64,000 bases of DNA from Balanoglossus misakiensis. Its lineage: Eukaryota; Animalia; Hemichordata. Below the pieces are notes generated by a model, which was not told the DNA's origin, searched no databases, and worked only from the letters and a program-made list of their open reading frames with translations. The stretch's first letter is position 1, and every line of letters begins with the position of its first letter. Positions 13,601-25,609 of the stretch are shown here, one piece after another. The stretch spans positions 7,976,390 through 8,040,389 of the forward strand of contig CM082580.2 in assembly GCA_040954595.2 (NCBI GenBank). Direction: 5' to 3'. The translations under genes and the position numbers were made by a program.

Positions 13601-16600
13601 TTTCTTCATTTTTTTGAAAAAACCATGGGTTATAGCCCATGAAAATCATCCAAAAATGACAATTTTTCGACTTTCCGAAATATCAAAATTTCTTCATTTT
13701 TTTGAAAAAAGCATGGGTTATAGCCCATGAAAATCATCCAAAAATGACAATTTTTCGACTTTCCGAAATATCAAAATTTCTTCATTTTTTTGAAAAAAGC
13801 ATGGGTTATAGCCCATGAAAATCATCCAAAAATGACAATTTTTCGACTTTCCGAAATATCAAAATTTCTTCATTTTTTTGAAAAAAGCATGGGTTATAGC
13901 CCATGAAAATCATCCAAAAATGACAATTTTTCGACTTTCCGAAATATCAAAATTTCTTCATTTTTTTGAAAAAAGCATGGGTTATAGCCCATGAAAATCA
14001 TCCAAAAATGACAATTTTTCGACTTTCCGAAATATCAAAATTTCTTCATTTTTTTGAAAAAAGCATGGGTTATAGCCCATGAAAATCATCCAAAAATGAC
14101 AATTTTTCGACTTTCCGAAATATCAAAATTTCTTCATTTTTTTGAAAAAAGCATGGGTTATAGCCCATGAAAATCATCCAAAAATGACAATTTTTCGACT
14201 TTCCGAAATATCAAAATTTCTTCATTTTTTTGAAAAAAGCATGGGTTATAGCCCATGAAAATCATCCAAAAATGACAATTTTTCGACTTTCCGAAATATC
14301 AAAATTTCTTCATTTTTTTGAAAAAAGCATGGGTTATAGCCCATGAAAATCATCCAAAAATGACAATTTTTCGACTTTCCGAAATATCAAAATTTCTTCA
14401 TTTTTGTTAAAAAAGCATGGGTTATAGCCCATGAAAATCATCCAAAAATGACAATTTTTCGACTTTCCGAAATATCAAAATTTCTTCATTGTTTTGAAAA
14501 AAGCATGGGTTATAGCCCATGAAAATCATCCAAAAATGACAATTTTTCGACTTTCCGAAATATCAAAATTTCTTCATTTTTTTGAAAAAAGCATGGGTTA
14601 TAGCCCATGAAAATCATCCAAAAATGACAATTTTTCGACTTTCCGAAATATCAAAATTTCTTCATTTTTTTGAAAAAAGCATGGGTTATAGCCCATGAAA
14701 ATCATCCAAAAATGACAATTTTTCGACTTTCCGAAATATCAAAATTTCTTCATTTTTTTGAAAAAACCATGGGTTATAGCCCATGAAAATCATCCAAAAA
14801 TGACAATTTTTCGACTTTCCGAAATATCAAAATTTCTTCATTTTTTTGAAAAAACCATGGGTTATAGCCCATGAAAATCATCCAAAAATGACAATTTTTC
14901 GACTTTCCGAAAAATCAAAATTTCTTCATTTTTTTGAAAAAAGCATGGGTTATAGCCCATGAAAATCATCCAAAAATGACAATTTTTCGACTTTCCGAAA
15001 TATCAAAATTTCTTCATTTTTTTGAAAAAAGCATGGGTTATAGCCCATGAAAATCGTCCAAAAATGACAATTTTTCGACTTTCCGAAATATCAAAATTTC
15101 TTCATTTTTTTGAAAAAAGCATGGGTTATAGCCCATGAAAATCGTCCAAAAATGACAATTTTTCGACTTTCCGAAATATCAAAATTTCTTCATTTTTTTG
15201 AAAAAACCATGGGTTATAGCCCATGAAAATCGTCCAAAAATGACAATTTTTCGACTTTCCGAAATATCAAAATTTCTTCATTTTTTTTAAAAAACCATGG
15301 GTTATAGCCCATGAAAATCATCCAAAAATGACAATTTTTCGACTTTCCGAAATATCAAAATTTCTTCATTTTTTTTAAAAAACCATGGGTTATAGCCCAT
15401 GAAAATCATCCAAAAATGACAATTTTTCGACTTTCCGAAATATCAAAATTTCTTCATTTTTTTGAAAAAAGCATGGGTTATAGCCCATGAAAATCATCCA
15501 AAAATGACAATTTTTCGACTTTCCGAAATATCAAAATTTCTTCATTTTTTTGAAAAAAGCATGGGTTATAGCCCATGAAAATCATCCAAAAATGACAATT
15601 TTTCGACTTTCCGAAATATCAAAATTTCTTCATTTTTTTGAAAAAAGCATGGGTTATAGCCCATGAAAATCATCCAAAAATGACAATTTTTCGACTTTCC
15701 GAAATATCAAAATTTCTTCATTTTTTTGAAAAAAGCATGGGTTATAGCCCATGAAAATCATCCAAAAATGACAATTTTTCGACTTTCCGAAATATCAAAA
15801 TTTCTTCATTTTTTTGAAAAAACCATGGGTTATAGCCCATGAAAATCATCCAAAAATGACAATTTTTCGACTTTCCGAAATATCAAAATTTCTTCATTTT
15901 TTTGAAAAAAGCATGGGTTATAGCCCATGAAAATCATCCAAAAATGACAATTTTTCGACTTTCCGAAATATCAAAATTTCTTCATTTTTTTGAAAAAACC
16001 ATGGGTTATAGCCCATGAAAATCATCCAAAAATGACAATTTTTCGACTTTCCGAAATATCAAAATTTCTTCATTTTTGTTAAAAAAAGCATGGGTTATAG
16101 CCCATGAAAATCATCCAAAAATGACAGTTTTTCGACTTTCCGAAATATCAAAATTTCTTCATTTTTTTGAAAAAGCATGGGTTATAGCCCATGAAAATCA
16201 TCCAAAAATGACAATTTTTCGACTTTCCGAAATATCAAAATTTCTTCATTTTTTTGAAAAAACCATGGGTTATAGCCCATGAAAATCATCCAAAAATGAC
16301 AATTTTTCGACTTTCCGAAATATCAAAATTTCTTCATTTTTTTGAAAAAAGCATGGGTTATAGCCCATGAAAATCATCCAAAAATGACAATTTTTCGACT
16401 TTCCGAAATATCAAAATTTCTTCATTTTTTTGAAAAAACCATGGGTTATAGCCCATGAAAATCATCCAAAAATGACAATTTTTCGACTTTCCGAAATATC
16501 AAAATTTCTTCATTTTTTTGAAAAAACCATGGGTTATAGCCCATGAAAATCATCCAAAAATGACAATTTTTCGACTTTCCGAAATATCAAAATTTCTTCA

Positions 16601-19600
16601 TTTTTGTTAAAAAAGCATGGGTTATAGCCCATGAAAATCATCCAAAAATGACAATTTTTCGACTTTCCGAAATATCAAAATTTCTTCATTTTTTTGAAAA
16701 AGCATGGGTTATAGCCCATGAAAATCATCCAAAAATGACAATTTTTCGACTTTCCGAAATATCAAAATTTCTTCATTTTTTTGAAAAAAGCATGGGTTAT
16801 AGCCCATGAAAATCATCCAAAAATGACAATTTTTCGACTTTCCGAAATATCAAAATTTCTTCATTTTTTTGAAAAAAGCATGGGTTATAGCCCATGAAAA
16901 TCATCCAAAAATGACAATTTTTCGACTTTCCGAAATATCAAAATTTCTTCATTTTTTTGAAAAAAGCATGGGTTATAGCCCATGAAAATCATCCAAAAAT
17001 GACAATTTTTCGACTTTCCGAAATATCAAAATTTCTTCATTTTTTGAAAAAAGCATGGGTTATAGCCCATGAAAATCATCCAAAAATGACAATTTTTCGA
17101 CTTTCCGAAATATCAAAATTTCTTCATTTTTTTGAAAAAAGCATGGGTTATAGCCCATGAAAATCATCCAAAAATGACAATTTTTCGACTTTCCGAAATA
17201 TCAAAATTTCTTCATTTTTTTGAAAAAACCATGGGTTATAGCCCATGAAAATCATCCAAAAATGACAATTTTTCGACTTTCCGAAATATCAAAATTTCTT
17301 CATTTTTTTGAAAAAACCATGGGTTATAGCCCATGAAAATCATCCAAAAATGACAATTTTTCGACTTTCGGAAATATCAAAATTTCTTCATTTTTTTGAA
17401 AAAAGCATGGGTTATAGCCCATGAAAATCGTCCAAAAATGACAATTTTTCGACTTTCGGAAATATCAAAATTTCTTCATTTTTTTGAAAAAAGCATGGGT
17501 TATAGCCCATGAAAATCGTCCAAAAATGACAATTTTTCGACTTTCCGAAATATCAAAATTTCTTCATTTTTTTGAAAAAACCATGGGTTATAGCCCATGA
17601 AAATCGTCCAAAAATGACAATTTTTCGACTTTCCGAAATATCAAAATTTCTTCATTTTTTTGAAAAAACCATGGGTTATAGCCCATGAAAATCGTCCAAA
17701 AATGACAATTTTTCGACTTTCCGAAATATCAAAATTTCTTCATTTTTTTGAAAAAACCATGGGTTATAGCCCATGAAAATCATCCAAAAATGACAATTTT
17801 TCGACTTTCCGAAATATCAAAATTTCTTCATTTTTTTGAAAAAACCATGGGTTATAGCCCATGAAAATCATCCAAAAATGACAATTTTTCGACTTTCCGA
17901 AATATCAAAATTTCTTCATTTTTTTGAAAAAACCATGGGTTATAGCCCATGAAAATCATCCAAAAATGACAATTTTTCGACTTTCCGAAATATCAAAATT
18001 TCTTCATTTTTTTGAAAAAACCATGGGTTATAGCCCATGAAAATCATCCAAAAATGACAATTTTTCGACTTTCCGAAATATCAAAATTTCTTCATTTTTT
18101 TGAAAAAACCATGGGTTATAGCCCATGAAAATCATCCAAAAATGACAATTTTTCGACTTTCCGAAATATCAAAATTTCTTCATTTTTTTGAAAAAACCAT
18201 GGGTTATAGCCCATGAAAATCATCCAAAAATGACAATATTTCGACTTTCCGAAATATCAAAATTTCTTCATTTTTTTGAAAAAACCATGGGTTATAGCCC
18301 ATGAAAATCATCCAAAAATGACAATTTTTCGACTTTCCGAAATATCAAAATTTCTTCATTTTTTTGAAAAAAGCATGGGTTACAGCCCATGAAAATCATC
18401 CAAAAATGACAATTTTTCGACTTTCCGAAATATCAAAATTTCTTCATTGTTTTGAAAAAAGCATGGGTTATAGCCCATGAAAATCATCCAAAAATGACAA
18501 TTTTTCGACTTTCCGAAATATCAAAATTTCTTCATTTTTTTGAAAAAACCATGGGTTATAGCCCATGAAAATCATCCAAAAATGACAATTTTTCGACTTT
18601 CCGAAATATCAAAATTTCTTCATTTTTTTGAAAAAACCATGGGTTATAGCCCATGAAAATCATCCAAAAATGACAATTTTTCGACTTTCCGAAATATCAA
18701 AATTTCTTCCTTTTTTTGAAAAAAGCATGGGTTATAGCCCATGAAAATCATCCAAAAATGACAATTTTTCGACTTTCCGAAATATCAAAATTTCTTCATT
18801 TTTTTGAAAAAACCATGGGTTATAGCCCATGAAAATCATCCAAAAATGACAATTTTTCGACTTTCCGAAATATCAAAATTTCTTCATTTTTTTGAAAAAA
18901 GAATGGGTTATAGCCCATGAAAATCATCCAAAAATGACAATTTTTCGACTTTCCGAAATATCAAAATTTCTTCATTTTTTTGAAAAAAGCATGGGTTATA
19001 GCCCATGAAAATCATCCAAAAATGACAATTTTTCGACTTTCCGAAATATCAAAATTTCTTCATTTTTTTGAAAAAAGCATGGGTTATAGCCCATGAAAAT
19101 CATCCAAAAATGACAATTTTTCGACTTTCCGAAATATCAAAATTTCTTCATTTTTTTGAAAAAACCATGGGTTATAGCCCATGAAAATCATCCAAAAATG
19201 ACAATTTTTCGACTTTCCGAAATATCAAAATTTCTTCATTTTTTTGAAAAAGCATGGGTTATAGCCCATGAAAATCATCCAAAAATGACAATTTTTCGAC
19301 TTTCCGAAATATCAAAATTTCTTCATTTTTTTGAAAAAAGCATGGGTTATAGCCCATGAAAATCATCCAAAAATGACAATTTTTCGACTTTCCGAAATAT
19401 CAAAATTTCTTCATTTTTTTGAAAAAAGCATGGGTTATAGCCCATGAAAATCATCCAAAAATGACAATTTTTCGACTTTCCGGAATATCAAAATTTCTTC
19501 ATTTTTTTGAAAAAAGCATGGGTTATAGCCCATGAAAATCATCCAAAAATGACAATTTTTCGACTTTCCGGAATATCAAAATTTCTTCATTTTTTTGAAA

Positions 19601-21373
19601 AAAGCATGGGTTATAGCCCATGAAAATCATCCAAAAATGACAATTTTTCGACTTTCCGAAATATCAAAATTTCTTCATTTTAAAAAAAGCATGGGTTATA
19701 GCCCATGAAAATCATCCAAAAATGACAATTTTTCGACTTTCCGAAATATCAAAATTTCTTCATTTTTTTGAAAAAACCATTGGTTATAGCCCATGAAAAT
19801 CATCCAAAAATGACAATTTTTCGACTTTCCGAAATATCAAAATTTCTTCATTTTTTTGAAAAAAGCATGGGTTATAGCCCATGAAAATCATCCAAAAATG
19901 ACAATTTTTCGACTTTCCGAAATATCAAAATTTCTTCATTTTTTTGAAAAAACCATGGGTTATAGCCCATGAAAATCATCCAAAAATGACAATTTTTCGA
20001 CTTTCCGAAATATCAAAATTTCTTCATTTTTTTGAAAAAAGCATGGGTTATAGCCCATGAAAATCATCCAAAAATGACAATTTTTCGACTTTCCGAAATA
20101 TCAAAATTTCTTCATTTTTTTGAAAAAAGCATGGGTTATAGCCCATGAAAATCATCCAAAAATGACAATTTTTCGACTTTCCGAAATATCAAAATTTCTT
20201 CATTTTTTTGAAAAAACCATGGGTTATAGCCCATGAAAATCATCCAAAAATGACATTTTTTCGACTTTCCGAAATATCAAAATTTCTTCAGTTTTTTGAA
20301 AAAAGCATGGGTTATAGCCCATGAAAATCATCCAAAAATGACAATTTTTCGACTTTCCGAAATATCAAAATTTCTTCATTTTTTTGAAAAAAGCATGGGT
20401 TATAGCCCATGAAAATCATCCAAAAATGACAATTTTTCGACTTTCCGAAATATCAAAATTTCTTCATTTTTTTGAAAAAAGCATGGGTTATAGCCCATGA
20501 AAATCATCCAAAAATGACAATTTTTCGACTTTCCGAAATATCAAAATTTCTTCATTTTTTTGAAAAAAGCATGGGTTATAGCCCATGAAAATCATCCAAA
20601 AATGACAATTTTTCGACTTTCCGAAATATCAAAATTTCTTCATTTTTTTGAAAAAAGCATGGGTTATAGCCCATGAAAATCATCCAAAAATGACAATTTT
20701 TCGACTTTCCGAAATATCAAAATTTCTTCATTTTTTTGAAAAATGCATGGGTTATAGCCCATGAAAATCATCCAAAAATGACAATTTATCGACTTTCCGA
20801 AATATCAAAATTTCTTCATTTTTTTGAAAAAAGCATGGGTTATAGCCCATGAAAATCATCCAAAAATGACAATTTTTCGACTTTCCGAAATATCAAAATT
20901 TCTTCATTTTTTTGAAAAAAGCATGGGTTATAGCCCATGAAAATCATCCAAAAATGACAATTTTTCGACTTTCCGAAATATCAAAATTTCTTCATTGTTT
21001 TGAAAAAAGCATGGGTTATAGCCCATGAAAATCATCCAAAAATGACAATTTTTCGACTTTCCGAAATATCAAAATTTCTTCATTTTTTTGAAAAAAGCAT
21101 GGGTTATAGCCCATGAAAATCATCCAAAAATGACAATTTTTCGACTTTCCGAAATATCAAAATTTCTTCATTTTTTGGAAAAAAGCATGGGTTATAGCCC
21201 ATGAAAATCATCCAAAAATGACAATTTTTCGACTTTCCGAAATATCAAAATTTCTTCATTTTTTGAAAAAAGCATGGGTTATAGCCCATGAAAATCATCC
21301 AAAAATGACAATTTTTCGATTTTTCGAAATATCAAAATTTCATCATTTTTGTTTTTAAAAAAATCATGGGTTA
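7647..21373. repeat. Tandem satellite array, 88-bp monomer, about 156 copies
   Basis: Consensus TAGCCCATGAAAATCATCCAAAAATGACAATTTTTCGACTTTCCGAAATATCAAAATTTCTTCATTTTTTTGAAAAAA(C/G)CATGGGTTA. Period checked from CATGGG at 8431 and 8519; 13727 bp / 88 = 156. Interior copies are near-identical; the first and last copies are degenerate. Confidence 0.98.
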
Positions 21374-24300
21374 GGCCTACTGTATGCTTATCGGTTCCAG
21401 CACACAGGATGTCTAGGAAACGATATGGGCTGTCAACAACTTATACTCGAAGAGACACAAGGGCAGCGTGACTTACTTTTAATAAAACTACACTGGTTAT
21501 CAAATGTACATGACAGACATCAAAGGAAAGAGGAACTTAAAAGCGAAAGCATAGAGATATTTTTGAATTCAGATGTTGCAATATTTGGAGAAATATAAAT
21601 TCAACACAAGGGTGCTCTTTAAGATGAAATCTTTATAATCACCACGACATAACCATCCTTCAATTTCTTGGATGATACACACGTTTCTCGCTTCCGGGAA
21701 TCAGGCAGACAAGTGCACGGATATCTTTGAATTTTTTTAGCCCGCACGTGAAAGTTATTGAACATTACCATATGGACAAGACTGTACGTATCCTGTCGTT
21801 CAGTCAATATCATCACCACTGGCTAGACTGCGGTGACCAGATAGATAGGCCTAGGGATACCTTTGGATGTCGATACTACGCATGTACATGTATTTGTAAT
21901 ACATGCGTAGTATAGTTGTTGAAATAAACCGACGTTTGACATGTATAGCTGGTCACGTAGGTCGGTCGAATGTCGGTGGCCATGCCGTAATTCATTTGTA
22001 TTAAACAGTGCCCCAGAGAAATCAATTAACGACGTCATTATTGTCAGTCTCATATCCAGGTAATCTTCTATTTTACGAGACATTTGGTTGAATGGTCGTG
22101 ACTTCCGAAGAGATTAGATTTTTAGAGTCAGTTGAAGAGCAAGTCGGACAGACAGACGGACAGACAGACAGACAGACATGGATAGTGGAGACCTAGCCTA
22201 TTACAGATTTTCACGCGGGCGGCCACGTAAAATAAAGTGCGCCATCACATGACCATGAGTAGACTTAGACAAGCGGTCCCTTCATAGTCAATTTCGTTCT
22301 CTTCAAATTAATCATTTTTTATGAGAAACATGTCTTGTTCACTGAGACGCTTGGAATCGTGTATCCAGAGAAGCTCATCCACTATACCCGTCGCGGTGAA
22401 ACAGTTTCCGGCATTTAAAGAGATCTCATATTTTGCCTCTACGCTGGCTGTAGGGAAAAAACGTTCAGGCAAACGGAGATTCCTCATACGTCAGTAAGCA
22501 GGATATGATGTTTTCCAACGCAAACAAAACAGACAAAATAAAATTACCCGCAAATGATTTATATCGTGACCCTTTAACCTACAAGTATACCCCAAATTCA
22601 TGATTTAATTACCGTAATAGCATATGTGCGGTTTCTGATTAGCTCTCATGCTCCGGTGAATCATTACTTTCGCCCAAACAAATCTTTATGCAATATTTAT
22701 TTGAAAAAGACTATGTCCAGAATCTATCTGTCTCTGTTTACCGACAGCAGGGAGTTCCAGCCTCAAGGTAAATCCGGTCATTATAGTTAGTCAAAGTCTC
22801 GGTGGACAGAAACTAATGTTCGCTTTTATTAATGTGAAATGTAACAAAGACGATACAGAATCAGGATAACACATCTGGAGGTTGTTTTAATTGGCCTTAT
22901 ATTGGTATGCTTTACTGTTATTATTATTTGCCGCCTTCTTGTTGGTACTGATTAAAATCCAATATATAGAAATTTGGAATAATGCCGTAAACTTTGCTTT
23001 GAGTACTAGAATATGCATATACAGCTCTGTATTCCTTTGAGAATGCTCAGAGTTTGTTTGGCAAATATAATAAAACATAATGCATATTTCCGACGTAATA
23101 TCTTATACAAATGGGTCCCCTGCCGATGATTAAAATACGATCTTAAATGTGTTGGGCCCGTCCAAAAAAATGTGCATGCATCGAACCACTCTGCAACCAT
23201 GGAGCTAGGCAATCACATGAACCGAGACCCACTATTCCACAGATTAGGCAAAGCACACAATGTCAGCAATGAATTTACGCACAGTGCACATCCAGTAATT
23301 GAAGGCTCGTGGCTATTTATGGTTAGGAAAAACCACGCTCAGCCAAAAAAAAAACACGGGATAGTTTCCTGACTGGTATGCTTTGGGGATTGATGTTTTA
23401 CCCATCTAAACGACAGGGCTGAAGGTTTTATCATAATAGGATAAACACAGTTTAAAGATGAAGAGATGATGATATCAAACTTATCCGCACATACGAATTC
23501 TCCCGTTTGACGATGTAAAATCTCATTTTCTCAGACCTGAAAACGGCCTTCGCAACACGCCCCATCGATCCCAGTTTCATTCAAAGAGTGATTGAATTAA
23601 GGATTTGCCAAGGGCCTGGTGTGCGTGCGGCGATGACAGCGCAGAAGCAAACACGATATAATTTAATAATAAGAGTGGTAAGTTTGAACAAATTACCAGA
23701 CAGACTTAAATCCACCGTAGTCAAACATTTAATTTGTTCTCCGTAAGTTCTGTTCAATTGATGATTATTCCAATTAAGCAGGCGCTGTGGTGAGCGATCA
23801 ATGCCTGTGCAGAATTTGACAAAATTGAAGGCGACCGGATAAACATGGCTTCGGTTAATAAACGCTAAAATTCACAGTTGTCTTGACGTGTACAACAATT
23901 ATAACTTTATCACGCGCCCACACCGAATAAACATTCTATTGACAGTTCGTGACGTTGCCTTCAGTAACAACGCTGAAAGTTCCCCTTCCAAGTAGGTAAA
24001 TTGGAAATCGTGTTTAAAAATACATTTCTTTGAATTACACCACAAACGTTAGAGATAAGTAATCCCCAGTGGTCGTGATATGATATTTTGCTCCAATAAA
24101 ACTCCCGCACAACTATTTTGGATTCAAGGGTTTTTTTTTCAATGGATTCACTTCAACTGGAGAGAAGAGACATTTACTGATATTGAAGTTGCGTCATCAC
24201 TGAACTACGTCATTTCCGGCACCGCCACCCGGACACGCTGACAAGAAAATTATAGTCATCAAAATCATCGACAGGATAACTGACTGCGCGATCGCTGCAT

Positions 24301-25204
24301 CATTAGCGATATTATTTCCAGTGATGAATAACCAACTTGGCTCTGCAACGCTGGGTTTTCACAAAAGGCATGAAACCCACACGCGTTTATTTATAGTTAG
24401 AAAGTTCTAATAATAAGAAACGCGTTTCCTGGATCAGTTGCATCCACTAGAACTTCTAAGAGGGAATCAGAGAAATTTGCAGCGAATGCTTGATACTGAA
24501 CCATAGATCTGTGTGTGGGTATGAGAATGGTTTTTGTAAAACGCGGCCAAAAGATGGCCGCCACTGCACTGAGATACATGTATTCGGAAAATCTCGACAA
24601 TAATTGCATGTTCAACAAATCTCAATACAATAAACTGATTTTCTGCCTCTACCATTAATGAGTTACAGTACAGAGTTAACGTTGCTTTGAAATTGTCTTT
24701 CAAAATGGGTCAAAATATCACTACACTGAAGACTTGAAATTGCTGAAAAGGTATACTTAAAAGCAAGAGTGACGTACACAGCATTGTGTATTGTGATAAA
24801 ACATAATGCAACAAAGATGTGTGGCATGGCTGCTACAAAATTTGTATCTGAATATATTTCCAAGTCGAATTTAAATGAAAAAAATATCTAGTCGTAAGAC
24901 TATTTTACATCCAATACTAAATATATACTGGAATTAAAACAAAATAAATATCAATCACACTGTTTTCTTGTATTGTATTATACTGTATTTGTATTGTTAT
25001 AGAAAATATCTATATTAAAACCAGTCATAAAGGTTGATCTCCATTTTTTCTGCAGTCAAACCTCTCAATCTCAGGTAGGATGGTCGAGATAATCAGAGGC
25101 TGTTTAACACTCATTAGAGTGCTTAAAAGTTAATTTTCCAACTGTGAGAATATTTCATTTTTACATGTACATGTACAAGTATTTCTTTGAGACACACGCC
25201 ACCT

Positions 25205-25609
25205 TTAAAGGGAGATGTACGGATTACTTTTCTTTTGTGATTTGTCGTCTTTGTCGACTGCCTCAAAGACCTGTCCGCAGGGACGACACATGCACTCTTT
25301 GGCCGACTTGACTTCCACCTTCAAAAACTTGCTGGCCAGGCGCGGGCATCTCAGCGTCAGCGTTACAATCCTCTCTTCCAGGGCCTCGCAGCACTGGCAC
25401 GAGCGCTCCATCTCGAAAACGTTCTCGGGGGAAATCCTGCTGTAGGACTGGCAAGAGCCGCGGCAACCGTAGGCCGGCAGGATCCTGGCGATGCAGCCGT
25501 CACGTGATACAGTGTACCTGACCCATCGGCGCTGGCAGCCCGATGACGCGGCGGCGACGCAGAAGACTACAGCCACCAGGAGGAACTCGACAACGCGGGT
25601 ACCTCTCAT
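25205..25609 (-). CDS. burs: Bursicon alpha subunit-like cystine-knot neurohormone precursor (134 aa, single coding exon)
   Basis: Signal peptide MRGTRVVEFLLVAVVFCVAAASS, then 11 Cys in bursicon spacing with family motifs CRGSCQSY, MERSCQCC (arthropod MERSCMCC), RCP and ECMCRPC. ATG at 25609; an acceptor AG 19 nt upstream of the ATG (exon start 25628) implies a 5' UTR intron; candidate AATAAA at 24391-24386. Confidence 0.93.
   Translation of the reverse strand: MRGTRVVEFLLVAVVFCVAAASSGCQRRWVRYTVSRDGCIARILPAYGCRGSCQSYSRISPENVFEMERSCQCCEALEERIVTLTLRCPRLASKFLKVEVKSAKECMCRPCGQVFEAVDKDDKSQKKSNPYISL

Noticed and set aside
16076-19359. ORFs of the KAWVIAHENHPKMTIFRLSEISKF type
   Set aside because: Translations of the satellite; 88 is not a multiple of 3 and the ORFs extend only where 1-bp indels occur.
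7647-21373. CRISPR-like array
   Set aside because: Sequences between the palindromes are identical rather than unique spacers, there are no cas genes, and the context is eukaryotic.
21619-22083. Minus-strand ORFs beside the satellite (66 and 86 aa)
   Set aside because: No recognisable domain and no consistent exon chain.
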